A DNA stretch of 54,076 bases from Candidatus Subterrananammoxibius californiae (GTDB lineage: Bacteria > Planctomycetota > Brocadiia > Brocadiales > Subterrananammoxibiaceae). Both the position numbers and the translations under genes were made by a program. The notes below the pieces were generated by a model. It was not told the origin of the DNA and made no database searches. It saw only the letters and a list, made by a program, of their open reading frames with translations. Below, one piece after another: positions 1-9,555 of the stretch. The stretch is from contig JAURAC010000009.1 of assembly GCA_030586555.1 (NCBI GenBank), forward strand, positions 1,915 to 55,990. The letters are read 5' to 3'. The first letter of the stretch is position 1. The number at the start of each line of letters is the position of its first letter.

Positions 1-998
1 TGGCGAATCTTTTTTGTATTATGTACATGACAATTTATACACGTATAGGTCTTGTAATCCTTTGTTTCATGACAAACATCGCATGAAACAAGATGTTCAT
101 CAGCTAAAGGAAACCAATTAATATGTTCAAATGAGGCAGGCTTCCATCTCTTAATAGAATGACAGGTCTCACACTCATCTGATACCTCATAGTGTAAACT
201 GTCTTCTGGCTTATTATGGCAGTTAACACAGCGTTCTCCAGCCATTACTTCCTCATGGTCGAAATACAATACCTTCCAGTCTATTGTACCGTGGCATGAT
301 TCGCATGCATCGCTATATTTTCCTGGATGTGCCTTGTCTCTTTCTTTCGCATGACAAATTACACAATTCACCCTTGTAACCATTGTGTGGTCAATAATTG
401 CTGGTTTCCATTTGTCTGTGGTATGGCATTTTTCACAGTTTTGCCTGTAATAGACATGGAGACCTTCCTGAGGCATTGAATGGCATTCGGCACACATCGT
501 TCCTGAAGCAACACGGCTGTGGTCAAAGGTAATAATCTTCCAGTTTTTTGTTGATGTGTGACACTCATTACAATTTTTGCCATATTTACCCGGATGCGCT
601 TTTTGATAATCCGCATCATGGCAAGTTAAACATTCATTCAGGGTTGTGATTGGCAATATGGCGTGACTAAAAGGCTTTGTGGTTTTAGCGTTTATCCCTT
701 CGTGCTCGGTATGACACTCAATGCAATCTTCACCAATTGTTACTTTGTGTAGTTCATTTATTGCAGAAACCGAATAGGATAGAAGCCTCTCGGATGGGTG
801 ACATTCACTGGTCTGACATAAAGCAGAAGCAACCCCTTTAAATGGGACATGGCAACCCTTGCAGTCGTGAATGCCTTGATGCTTTCTGGTCAAATCCCCG
901 GGAGAGTAAAGGTGAGTTGGATATTTAAGACCAATCATCCAGATGATAAAAGCGCCTGAAACACTCAAAATTAATATTATAAAGAACGTTCTTCTCAC
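1..998 (-). CDS. Membrane-anchored multiheme cytochrome c, at least 13 hemes, 3' end runs off the window
   Basis: Hand translation from GTG at 998 is open to the window edge. N-terminal hydrophobic anchor, 12 CxxCH motifs (CKGCH, CIECH, CLTCH, CNECH, CAECH, CEKCH, CVICH, CESCH, CVNCH, CETCH, CDVCH, CINCH) plus CQTSECH. Not in the ORF track. Confidence 0.9.
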   Translation of the reverse strand, partial: MRRTFFIILILSVSGAFIIWMIGLKYPTHLYSPGDLTRKHQGIHDCKGCHVPFKGVASALCQTSECHPSERLLSYSVSAINELHKVTIGEDCIECHTEHEGINAKTTKPFSHAILPITTLNECLTCHDADYQKAHPGKYGKNCNECHTSTKNWKIITFDHSRVASGTMCAECHSMPQEGLHVYYRQNCEKCHTTDKWKPAIIDHTMVTRVNCVICHAKERDKAHPGKYSDACESCHGTIDWKVLYFDHEEVMAGERCVNCHNKPEDSLHYEVSDECETCHSIKRWKPASFEHINWFPLADEHLVSCDVCHETKDYKTYTCINCHVHNTKKIR

Positions 999-1018
999 GT
1001 AGTATTATTTCAGAATTT

Positions 1019-1597
1019 TTAGTTCCAGAATCCCTCATAATAAAGAGCAGAAACAATGTGAAATATTGCGGTTACTGCTAATGAGGTTACAATTGGCACA
1101 TGCACCGAGCGCCAGTTTTTCATAATCTTATGTGTTATAATTAGCGATTGAAGTTCTTCATCTGCCGCTTCTTCACCAAGACCTTTCCTTTGCAACTCAT
1201 CCCTTTTAAAAAGTAAATAATCATTGGTTTTCAGGTAAAGATACCTGCCTGTTAGGCCGCTTGCCACAGAGATGAACATAATTGTACCGGCTGCTATTGG
1301 CACAAAGGCGTGCGTATGGAATCCGCCGTGGACAAAGACAAGAAAGGCGCCAACAATTGTTAGCCATTCGTGAAATACACGCCAACCATTCAAACTGCCT
1401 TTTGTAAAGATTATTTTCCTCTTTCTTAAACTGTATAAAATGGATACCATAATCATTATGGAGCCCGCAACCCCGACTATATGTTTATACGATGTAAAAC
1501 CTGCGGCATCTATAAGAGACTCTAAAAATAGTACTCCACAGATTAGACCAATTATGCTTACAACTAAGATTACGCCCCTGCGTATAATTATGCCCAC
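1019..1597 (-). CDS. Integral membrane protein, putative di-heme cytochrome b partner of the multiheme cytochrome
   Basis: About 5 hydrophobic helices, two His pairs 14 residues apart (HEWL...VHG; HVP...FHI), directly upstream of the cytochrome gene. Confidence 0.6.
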   Translation of the reverse strand: MGIIIRRGVILVVSIIGLICGVLFLESLIDAAGFTSYKHIVGVAGSIMIMVSILYSLRKRKIIFTKGSLNGWRVFHEWLTIVGAFLVFVHGGFHTHAFVPIAAGTIMFISVASGLTGRYLYLKTNDYLLFKRDELQRKGLGEEAADEELQSLIITHKIMKNWRSVHVPIVTSLAVTAIFHIVSALYYEGFWN

Positions 1598-1650
1598 TTG
1601 TTTATTTGCCTTTAATTACTTTCCTGAAAGGGTTGTTCTGCTTGGCTATG

Positions 1651-1666
1651 AGCAAAGATAATGCCA
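1651..1666 (-). promoter_or_regulatory. Sigma-54 (-24/-12) promoter for the cytochrome operon
   Basis: Minus strand reads TGGCATTATCTTTGCT with exact GG-N10-GC spacing, about 55 nt upstream of the GTG at 1597. Confidence 0.65.
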
Positions 1667-1856
1667 GTTAGATAGGCTGTTTAAAGGTTGGGATTACGCG
1701 CCTGACAGGTAACCGCAAAAAAACCTTGCATAGCGTCATGGTTTATTGTAGATTTTAGAAGTTAAAAATCAAGGGGTTTTTAAAAAAATTTTATTAACTA
1801 CCCTCTATGGATATTTTTGTATAAATTATACAGTGCCGAACTTGTAAAATTTACAA

Positions 1857-2507
1857 ATGGTAAGAGTAAAGATTTGTGGAATAACCAACGCAGAAGACGC
1901 AAAGAATGCGGTTGCTTTGAGTGCTGATGCGTTAGGATTTATATTTGCAGAAAGCCCCCGCAAGATTACAGAGATTGAAGCAAGGGCTATTGTCAAATCT
2001 TTGCCCCCATTTGTTTCTTGTGTAGGTCTTTTCGTTAATCAGCCTGTCGAAAGGGTCAAGGACGTTTGTGAGTTCTGCGGCATCCACACCGTACAACTAC
2101 ACGGTGATGAACCCCCGGAGTATCTCTATGGTCTGACTGGATATAAAATCATAAAGGCGTTTCGTGTGCGCGATAGAAGCGTGCTTGATACATTGAAGGA
2201 GTACTCGGGGAACCCATTGGTAATGGGCATTGCCTTTTTGCTTGACGGCTATGCCGCAGGCAAAATGGGTGGCTCTGGAACACTTTTCCCATGGGAGATT
2301 GCAATGGAGGCAAAGAGGTTTGGGCAAATTATCGTTGCCGGAGGTCTGACACCAGAAAACGTAGCGGATGCCGTAACAATTGCCAATCCTTACGCAGTTG
2401 ATGTGTCTTCAGGCGTAGAGAAATGCCCGGGAAAGAAAGATAAAGAATTAATGAAAAGATTTATAGCTGTTGCAAAAGGTATTCAACTCCCGAAATACCC
2501 TGAATAA
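1857..2507 (+). CDS. trpF: Phosphoribosylanthranilate isomerase
   Basis: VKICGIT, VQLHGDE, AGGLTPENV and VDVSSGVE motifs. Confidence 0.95.
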   Translation: MVRVKICGITNAEDAKNAVALSADALGFIFAESPRKITEIEARAIVKSLPPFVSCVGLFVNQPVERVKDVCEFCGIHTVQLHGDEPPEYLYGLTGYKIIKAFRVRDRSVLDTLKEYSGNPLVMGIAFLLDGYAAGKMGGSGTLFPWEIAMEAKRFGQIIVAGGLTPENVADAVTIANPYAVDVSSGVEKCPGKKDKELMKRFIAVAKGIQLPKYPE

Positions 2508-2546
2508 ATTTCAGGGCAAGACAACTTTAAAAAGAAAGGTACTTTT

Positions 2547-3341
2547 TTGGATTACCAAACCAGATTTACCGATTTAGTTAAACTAATGGCTAAGCTGCGT
2601 TCTCCGAATGGCTGTCCATGGGATAAAGAGCAAACACACGAGTCCTTGAAGCCTTATCTGATAGAGGAAACCTACGAGGTCATTGACACCATAGATGCCA
2701 AAGATAACGGCAAGCTAAAAGAAGAACTGGCGGACTTGTTTTTCCAGATAATATTCCATTGCCAGATTGCCTCTGAAAACAATGCGTTTGATATTGGCGA
2801 TGTCCTTAGGCTCTGTCTCGAGAAGATGACAAGGAGACATCCTCACGTATTCGGAGACAAAAATCTTAAGACTGCTGAAGAAGTCTTAAAACATTGGCAC
2901 GAGATAAAGAAGTCTGAGGAAGGTTATAAAGACAGAAAATCTATAGCGGACGGCCTTCCCAAACATTTGCCTGCCCTGCAGAAGGCACAGAAGCTTCAAA
3001 GAAAAGTGGCAAGGGTTGGTTTTGACTGGCAAAACATTGAAGAAATTCTTGCAAAGGTTGAAGAAGAATTGGCAGAGATTAAAGTAGCTATCAAAGAGGA
3101 TGACAAGAATTCTATAATGGAAGAACTTGGGGACCTATTATTTGCCGTGGTGAACCTTTCAAGATTCCTGAAGTTAGAAGCTGAAAATGTACTACATAAA
3201 AGTATATACAAGTTCGTTGAGCGTTTTAAGAAGATTGAATCTGAACTCGCCGCATCAGGCAAGGATATAGAAAAAGTCACCCTAAAAGAAATGGACGAAC
3301 TATGGAACAAAATAAAAAAAGCTAACACGCTGGCAAGCTGA
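2547..3341 (+). CDS. mazG: Nucleoside triphosphate pyrophosphohydrolase MazG
   Basis: LRSPNGCPWDKEQT, EETYE, RRHPHVF and EELGDLLF; two MazG domains. Confidence 0.95.
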   Translation: MDYQTRFTDLVKLMAKLRSPNGCPWDKEQTHESLKPYLIEETYEVIDTIDAKDNGKLKEELADLFFQIIFHCQIASENNAFDIGDVLRLCLEKMTRRHPHVFGDKNLKTAEEVLKHWHEIKKSEEGYKDRKSIADGLPKHLPALQKAQKLQRKVARVGFDWQNIEEILAKVEEELAEIKVAIKEDDKNSIMEELGDLLFAVVNLSRFLKLEAENVLHKSIYKFVERFKKIESELAASGKDIEKVTLKEMDELWNKIKKANTLAS

Positions 3342-3421
3342 CAGGCTTGCAAGCTGTTTTTAAACCCTTATAGCCTGATTGGGCTGTATCTCCGCATACT
3401 TTTAAAAGAAGGGAGGAGACG

Positions 3422-4027
3422 ATGAATACAGGTACAAGTGGTAGAAGGGGGTTTACCCCGTTGCAAATTGCTACGGGGTTTACTTTAATTGAAATTGTCA
3501 TAGTATTAGGCGTAATTGCAGCTCTTGCGGCTATCCTGGTACCAACATTAATGAATTATGTTGAGGATGCGAAAAAGGCAAGGGCATCTAAAGACGTAGG
3601 AATCATAGCCGCCGCAATAGCCCAACTCAATAAGGATACAGGCAGATGGCCTATATACGATGATGTAGAGGGCAAGACTGGTGCAATAGATTGCCTTTAT
3701 ACCGGTGCTGGAACTTCTACCTTAGAAACCGGAGATTTTGCTGGAACAAGCCCCCCTCTGTCTTTTGATAAGGCATTTGACCATCTTATGGTAAACAATT
3801 CAAATTATCCATCCAGTGGTTCAAATATATGGCGAGGGCCATACTTAAGCAAAGATTCAGCAGACCCCTGGGGTACTCCGTACGCAATCCTCGTAAAAAG
3901 GTTTAATGGGACAGTGGGTGTATATGCCTGGGTATTATCGGCAGGTCCTGATGGAATGTTTCAGACTGACGAAGCGAGTATTGAAATCCCCACAGACTCA
4001 GATGATGTTGGTATTCTAATTCAATAG
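3422..4027 (+). CDS. GspG-like pseudopilin (prepilin N-methylation domain)
   Basis: GFTLIE plus hydrophobic helix; WRGPYL, DPWG and SAGPDG motifs. Confidence 0.85.
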   Translation: MNTGTSGRRGFTPLQIATGFTLIEIVIVLGVIAALAAILVPTLMNYVEDAKKARASKDVGIIAAAIAQLNKDTGRWPIYDDVEGKTGAIDCLYTGAGTSTLETGDFAGTSPPLSFDKAFDHLMVNNSNYPSSGSNIWRGPYLSKDSADPWGTPYAILVKRFNGTVGVYAWVLSAGPDGMFQTDEASIEIPTDSDDVGILIQ

Positions 4028-4058
4028 CCTATTTTAGCTCATAGTTCATAGCTGATTA

Positions 4059-4604
4059 ATGAGATGTCAAAGGGCTTTTACATTAATTGAGATATTGATT
4101 GTCCTTGCTATTATTGCCGTCCTTGCAGGTATTTTGACACCTGTAACAATGAGTTACATTGAAGGCGCAAGGATTGTACGGGCGCAAAATGACGTCGAGG
4201 TTGTAGGCAAAGCAATCCTTTCTTTTAATGAGGATACGGCCTTATGGCCTATCTATCAAAACGGTGGGGATGCTGAACCATATTATAATATTCTTTACGG
4301 ACCTGGTGTTCTTCCATCCGAAAGTAACGGTTCTGGCGATAGGCTTGAAAATCAATTGAATAGTAACATCCCGAATTATCCTACCATCGGTGAATTTGCA
4401 TGGAGGGGTTCATATCTTTCCTCACTGAATACAGACCCCTGGGGTAATTCTTATATGGTTAACGCCTCGGAACTAAACCCGTCAAGCACAAAGGCTGTCT
4501 GGGTTATCTCGGCTGGACCGAACGGTATAATTGACACCGCATTTTCTCAGGAAAGAAGCACCGCTGTATTGCAGGGCGATGATATAGCCTACCGTATTAA
4601 ATAA
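4059..4604 (+). CDS. GspG-like pseudopilin, tandem paralogue
   Basis: AFTLIE, WRGSYL, DPWGNSY and SAGPNG motifs. Confidence 0.85.
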   Translation: MRCQRAFTLIEILIVLAIIAVLAGILTPVTMSYIEGARIVRAQNDVEVVGKAILSFNEDTALWPIYQNGGDAEPYYNILYGPGVLPSESNGSGDRLENQLNSNIPNYPTIGEFAWRGSYLSSLNTDPWGNSYMVNASELNPSSTKAVWVISAGPNGIIDTAFSQERSTAVLQGDDIAYRIK

Positions 4605-4620
4605 ATTGAAGACACGCAAC

Positions 4621-4650
4621 GGGTGGCATGGACAAACTTGTTTGTCCGTG
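4621..4650 (+). repeat. REP family A palindrome (GGGTGGCAYGGACAA...TTGTCCGTG), intergenic copy
   Basis: GGGTGGCATGGACAAACTTGTTTGTCCGTG, same family as the copies flanking the RAYT. Confidence 0.85.
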
Positions 4651-4664
4651 CTAAATGACACGGG

Positions 4665-5060
4665 ATGGCGCAAATGGACGAACTAATAAAAAAAGCAAAA
4701 GAGGCTATGGCAAAGGCTTACTCACCTTACTCTCATTTTAAGGTTGGAGCGGCTGTGCTAACAAAAAGCGGGAAGATTTATACCGGATGCAATATTGAGA
4801 ATTGTTCGTATGGATTAACGATTTGTGCAGAAAGGGTTGCAATATTTAATGCCGTCTCATCTGGTGAGAGGGAATTTGACGCAATAGCCATCGTTACTGA
4901 TAGCACAGAATTAACCCCGCCTTGCGGTGCATGCAGGCAGGTAATATGGGAGTTTTCAAAGGATGTTGTAGTTCTGCTTACTAACCTGCAGGGTAAACAA
5001 AAGACCACAAAAATCTCCGACCTCTTGCCCATACCGTTTGACAAGGATTATTTAAAGTAG
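4665..5060 (+). CDS. cdd: Cytidine deaminase
   Basis: AYSPYS, CAER and PCGACRQ zinc motifs. Confidence 0.95.
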   Translation: MAQMDELIKKAKEAMAKAYSPYSHFKVGAAVLTKSGKIYTGCNIENCSYGLTICAERVAIFNAVSSGEREFDAIAIVTDSTELTPPCGACRQVIWEFSKDVVVLLTNLQGKQKTTKISDLLPIPFDKDYLK

Positions 5061-5142
5061 GGGCGTATTGTCGCGCCTGAGGCAGATTTGCCGTGGCGAA
5101 CCATCGTCAGGATAAATCAGTGTCTATTTTGGGGTTTTAAGC

Positions 5143-5170
5143 TTGACATTTTAACGTATAACGTTATACT
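5143..5170 (+). promoter_or_regulatory. Sigma-70 promoter of higBA with overlapping palindromic operator
   Basis: TTGACA-N16-TATACT; inverted repeat TAACGT-ATA-ACGTTA at 5152-5166; GTG start 8 nt after the -10 box, so probably leaderless. Confidence 0.65.
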
Positions 5171-5178
5171 CTTAATAT

Positions 5179-5460
5179 GTGATTAAGTCCTTCAAATGCA
5201 AGGAAACGGAGAAGGTGTTTCACCGCGTATTTTCGCACAAATTACCACGAGATATTCAGGAAGTTGCCTTACGCAAGTTACGCATGTTGAACCGTTCAAT
5301 TACGTTAATTGATTTACGTGTACCACCAGCCAATTGTCTTGAAAAGTTACATGGTGATCGCAAGGGACAGTACAGTATTCGCATTAACGAAGGGTGGCGT
5401 GTTTGCTTTGAATGGCATAAAGGTGATGCGTTTAATGTAGAAATAGTAGATTATCATTAG
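5179..5460 (+). CDS. higB: HigB-family (RelE/ParE superfamily) toxin
   Basis: MIKSF, DLRVPP, LEKLHGDRKGQYSIRIN and EIVDYH. Confidence 0.9.
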   Translation: MIKSFKCKETEKVFHRVFSHKLPRDIQEVALRKLRMLNRSITLIDLRVPPANCLEKLHGDRKGQYSIRINEGWRVCFEWHKGDAFNVEIVDYH

Positions 5461-5472
5461 GAGGCATAAATA

Positions 5473-5778
5473 ATGAGCAAACAAAGAATCAAGTCTGTAC
5501 ATCCAGGTAAAATCCTTTTCGAGGAATTCCTTATGCCGATGGGTATCAGCCAGAACAGGTTGGCCATTAGTATAGGAGTTCCGCCACGCCGCATAAATGA
5601 GATCGTACTTGGGAAACGCAGAGTTACCGCTGATACAGCGCTACGCTTAGGACGTTATTTTGGTATGTCCGCGCAATTCTGGTTAGGACTTCAGATGGAT
5701 TATGACCTTGATATAGAAGAAGATAGGTTGGGTAATCAACTACAACAAGAAGTACATGAACTTGTTTCCCATCGATAG
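5473..5778 (+). CDS. higA: HigA antitoxin (XRE HTH)
   Basis: HPGKILFEEFL, RINEIV, TADTALRL and FWLGLQ. Confidence 0.9.
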   Translation: MSKQRIKSVHPGKILFEEFLMPMGISQNRLAISIGVPPRRINEIVLGKRRVTADTALRLGRYFGMSAQFWLGLQMDYDLDIEEDRLGNQLQQEVHELVSHR

Positions 5779-5820
5779 TGAAAACCTTTCTGAATATAAC
5801 TATTTTCTTTTCGTATGCAA

Positions 5821-6588
5821 TTATCGCTGACCCCGTTTCCACCCCCATTTTTCAATCTTCGGTATCAGTTCATGATTTGTCAGGTCGTAGCGGAGAGGGG
5901 TAATTGATATATAGCCTTCCTTAATTGCATGAATATCCGTATCATGCTCGTCCATTTCGTATCCGTCTCCCCCTGCCAGCCAGTAATACGTCCTTCCACC
6001 CGGGTCGGTGCGTTTATCAAAGCGCTCGTCAAAGCCATTGGCATATTGCCGGGTTATTCTAATCCCCTTTATTTTATCCTTTGAGACGGAGGGGATGTTA
6101 ATATTGAGAAGCGTGCCCTTGGGCAAGCCGTGGTGAAGCACGCAATCTATAATGCCCTTAGCAATCTGCGCCGCTTGAGAAATATCTGGCACCCCGGAGG
6201 TCTCTAAGGATATTGCTACGGAGGGGATGCCGAGTATTGCCCCTTCAATTGACGCCGCAACGGTGCCAGAATATAATGTGTGAATCCCCACATTTGCGCC
6301 GAGATTAATGCCTGAAATGACAAGGTCAGGCTGACCCTTCATTATTTCAAAAACGGCTAATTTTACGCAATCCGCTGGTGAGCCATTAACGCCGTAGCCT
6401 AAGAATTCCTTATCAACATAGACTTCTCTTACACGGAGAGGGTGGCTCAGTGTTACAGAATGTCCCACGCCGCTTTGTTCCACATCAGGCGCAACAACGG
6501 TCACGTCCCCCAGGTCCTTTATAACCCGCTTTAATGCCGCTATACCCGGCGAATAAATACCATCATCATTAGTTAAAAGTATTCTCAT
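5821..6588 (-). CDS. surE: 5'/3'-nucleotidase SurE
   Basis: ILLTNDDG, GSPADCV, SGINLGAN and YSGTV. Confidence 0.95.
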   Translation of the reverse strand: MRILLTNDDGIYSPGIAALKRVIKDLGDVTVVAPDVEQSGVGHSVTLSHPLRVREVYVDKEFLGYGVNGSPADCVKLAVFEIMKGQPDLVISGINLGANVGIHTLYSGTVAASIEGAILGIPSVAISLETSGVPDISQAAQIAKGIIDCVLHHGLPKGTLLNINIPSVSKDKIKGIRITRQYANGFDERFDKRTDPGGRTYYWLAGGDGYEMDEHDTDIHAIKEGYISITPLRYDLTNHELIPKIEKWGWKRGQR

Positions 6589-7463
6589 CACTCCCTCAGT
6601 CTTTCCTCCACAGGTCTGGCAACTGGCGCTTTTTCTTTTTTCTTCTTTTCCTTTATATATTTGGTGCCTCTGCCAGTGAAGGGTGGAGAAAACAGAGATA
6701 GCGCAACATACGTCTCGCCGCCTGTATTAATAAATTTATGTTGCGACTTTCTGGGTACTATCATTATAGAGCCGGGCTTTGCAACGTCACGGGTGCCGTC
6801 AAGTATAATTATCCCGCTTCCCTTTACTGTGCATATAACCTCATCATTACGTTTGTGATAATGCAGTCTCATTTCCGCACCCTCACGTACCAAGGTAAGC
6901 TGAAGGCTTGCATCCTGGCATCTTCCAAGCTCGATTGTTTTGCTATCTTCTTTCGGAGGAATCTCTTCCGAAATATCGTTAAGATTCCATATTATGGGTA
7001 AGACTGCCTTTGACTTATTTGTTGACCCTTTTAAGGGGGGTGAAAAGAAGGTTAAAGCAATACTATCTTCTCCGCCATTGTTAATAAAGCTATGCGGCGT
7101 TCCTCTGGGTATTAGTAGCACAATGCTAGGTTTTATCGGATATTGGTTTCCACCGAGGACTGCTATACCACTGCCCACGACCTGATATACAATCTCGTCG
7201 TGGTCTTCATGTAAGTGAGCATTTATTTCTGTACCCTTGCGTACCTGAACGAGTCGGACAATTGATGTCCTGGTCTCTGCAACGTCAGTAATCCTTAGAT
7301 TTTCACCTTCGGCTAATGGGACATCCTTGATAATCTTATCTACGCTTTGATAAGAACTTAAGTAGCGCTTGGGAAAGGCTGAGGGATGCTTAATCTCCTC
7401 CACAAACCCACAGCCAGAAACTATTGTCAGAATAATCGCATATAGTATAATTTTATTAATCAT
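6588..7463 (-). CDS. Bicupin lipoprotein
   Basis: Probable start MINKII at 7463; lipobox IVSGC; two cupin motifs (HLHEDHDE...H and HYHKRNDE...H). Confidence 0.75.
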   Translation of the reverse strand: MINKIILYAIILTIVSGCGFVEEIKHPSAFPKRYLSSYQSVDKIIKDVPLAEGENLRITDVAETRTSIVRLVQVRKGTEINAHLHEDHDEIVYQVVGSGIAVLGGNQYPIKPSIVLLIPRGTPHSFINNGGEDSIALTFFSPPLKGSTNKSKAVLPIIWNLNDISEEIPPKEDSKTIELGRCQDASLQLTLVREGAEMRLHYHKRNDEVICTVKGSGIIILDGTRDVAKPGSIMIVPRKSQHKFINTGGETYVALSLFSPPFTGRGTKYIKEKKKKEKAPVARPVEERLRE

Positions 7464-7641
7464 GTTTTGAGTGTACAGGGCGATTTTAGCAGGAACACTG
7501 AAAAGGGTCAATAGAAATAAGAGGCAAAAATCCCTTGACAATGTACGGCAATTATTTATGATAGAGTAAAAACCATTATTCCATCCTTAAAATGCAGAAT
7601 TAGACATATTTTTACAACTGCACCCTCTGAAGGAGTTACCT

Positions 7642-8709
7642 ATGTGTAAAAGAGAAAACAGAAGAGAGTTCGTCCGACAAATAATAGGTATGGGTGCCGG
7701 AGTGTATTTTTCTCCGTTTTTGGCCGCCATGGGGCTTGAAGGTTCAGTCACGGACAAAACAAGCTCGCCAAAAAGATTGGCGAGTCCGCTTATCGGTTTG
7801 GTGGATTTGTCCATGCCACCCAGGTCGAGAGTAATTCTGGCTCGTGATGATAAACTTCTTGGCGAAAATTCTAAGGTTAATGGGTCGCTCCTTAACAAGA
7901 TTTTGGCTGATGCGTTAATGAAGCTTACCCTTACAGGCACGCCTGAAAAGGCATGGCAGAGCCTTTTTAAGCCAAACGACGTTGTGGGTATAAAGCTTAA
8001 TTGTCTCGCAGGAAAACAGCTTTCACCACACGTGGAATTAGTTGAGTGCCTTATTGGGGGGTTGAAATTGGCAGGGGTACAGGAAAGGAATATAATAGTA
8101 TGGGAAAGATTTAGCAGGGAACTTGACGCATGCGGATTTCAGACTAATATGATTGGCGATGGCGTAAAATGCTACGGAACGGATGAACTTCACGGTGGCG
8201 GCTATGATGAGCACCCGGAGATTGCTGGCAGTGTCGGAAGCTGTTTTAGCAGGATTATTTCAAGCATTTGTACGGCTATAATTAACGTGCCAGTGCTTAA
8301 AGACCATGACCTTGCGGGCGTTACATTGGCGATGAAGAATTTCTTTGGCGCTATACATAACCCCAATAAGTATCACGATAATAATTGCGACCCGTATATT
8401 GCCGAACTAAACACACACTCTTACATAAGGCGCAAGCAGCGTTTAATCGTATGTGATGCCCTTGTTGCTCAATACAATGGAGGACCAGCCTATAAGCCTC
8501 AGTGGGCATGGAACTTTAGCGGATTACTAATAAGCACAGACCCAGTTGCACTTGACTGTGTCGGTGCTAATATAATCGAACAGAAGCGAGAAAAGATAAG
8601 GATACCCTCGCTTAAACAAGCAGGTAGAGAACCAAAATATATCCAGACGGCTGCCTCTTTAGGTCTGGGAGCAAACGACCTGTCTCAAATTGACGTCATT
8701 GAGGTTTAA
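7642..8709 (+). CDS. Tat-exported DUF362-domain protein
   Basis: RREFV twin-arginine motif; VGIKLN, IINVPVLKDH, TLAMKN and DPVALD. Contains an in-frame REP-A copy at 7749-7821. Confidence 0.8.
   Translation: MCKRENRREFVRQIIGMGAGVYFSPFLAAMGLEGSVTDKTSSPKRLASPLIGLVDLSMPPRSRVILARDDKLLGENSKVNGSLLNKILADALMKLTLTGTPEKAWQSLFKPNDVVGIKLNCLAGKQLSPHVELVECLIGGLKLAGVQERNIIVWERFSRELDACGFQTNMIGDGVKCYGTDELHGGGYDEHPEIAGSVGSCFSRIISSICTAIINVPVLKDHDLAGVTLAMKNFFGAIHNPNKYHDNNCDPYIAELNTHSYIRRKQRLIVCDALVAQYNGGPAYKPQWAWNFSGLLISTDPVALDCVGANIIEQKREKIRIPSLKQAGREPKYIQTAASLGLGANDLSQIDVIEV
7749..7821 (-). repeat. REP family A element with nested insert, in-frame in the DUF362 gene
   Basis: Ends CACGGACAAAACAAGCTCGCC and GTGGATTTGTCCATGCCACCC match the copy at 42402-42464. 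Confidence 0.75.
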
Positions 8710-8996
8710 GGGCTGACAAGGCTTTTCTTCATGAGCCTGCCGGGCTTGAACTTTACTACCATCTTCGGAGGCACCGTAACTATTTCGCCAGTTTTTGGAT
8801 TCCTTGCCTGTTTTTTTGCCCTCATCACGGTTTCAAACACCCCAAAGTCTCTAAACTCCAGCCTGTTGCCCTTTGCAAGTTCCTTGACGCATTCGTTAAG
8901 GAAAGCTTGGATTACATCCCTTGTAATTACCTGTATATGCCCCAGTTTTCTTGCAATACTATCGGATAGCTCCCTTTTTGTTATTGTTGCGCCCAT
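8706..8996 (-). CDS. HU/IHF-family DNA-binding protein
   Basis: EFRDFGVF, ARNPKTGE and FKPG. Confidence 0.9.
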   Translation of the reverse strand: MGATITKRELSDSIARKLGHIQVITRDVIQAFLNECVKELAKGNRLEFRDFGVFETVMRAKKQARNPKTGEIVTVPPKMVVKFKPGRLMKKSLVSP

Positions 8997-9364
8997 TAAT
9001 ATCCTCCTTTCCGTGCTTCGGTGTTAATCATGTTTTGGTGGCACGAGCACTTGATTCCAAATGCCACACACCCGGAAATAACAAACAAATCCCAAACCTC
9101 AGCCCCGATGCTTCATTTCGCTCAGCGTGATAATTAGTGCCCTGAGCGCACGGCAGGCTCGGCATAGTGAGTTTTTCGAACAGTGCGTTTAGGATTTGCC
9201 CTGCCTTTTTTACTATCCTAAATAGGGCAAAGCAAACGGCTTTGCTTTGCCCCCTCATCCCTGTAATGCTTACAAGAAATGCTGTGCATGTAAACTACCC
9301 TCTACGGTTATCTTATGGATTATAACTATATGCTATAAGTCTTTTGTTGTCAAGGATTTTTTTA

Positions 9365-9410
9365 TCCGCCTGAGGCGGACTGACCTGTCTGCGCGTATCG
9401 CACAGGCAGG
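9365..9410. repeat. Adjacent intergenic palindromes TCCGCCTGAGGCGGA and CCTGTCTGC...GCACAGGCAGG
   Basis: 9365-9379 and 9384-9410; both families also occur in-frame elsewhere in the window. Confidence 0.75.
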
Positions 9411-9416
9411 GAAGCA

Positions 9417-9441
9417 AAAGACCCTGGCAAATCCAGGGTCT
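9417..9441 (-). terminator. Intrinsic terminator after the tRNA pair
   Basis: Minus strand GACCCTGG-ATTTG-CCAGGGTC followed by TTTT. Confidence 0.6.
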
Positions 9442-9447
9442 CAAGAC

Positions 9448-9524
9448 TGGCGAGGCCGACGGGACTCGAACCCGCAACATCCAGATCGACAGTCTGGTAC
9501 TCTAACCAATTGAGCTACGGCCCC
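9448..9524 (-). tRNA. tRNA-Asp(GTC)
   Basis: Cloverleaf GGGGCCG...; anticodon arm CCAGA-CTGTCGA-TCTGG; GGTTCGAGTC T-arm; encoded CCA. Confidence 0.95.
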
Positions 9525-9555
9525 ATTTTTATCCTTTAATATATTTTACTGCTTA

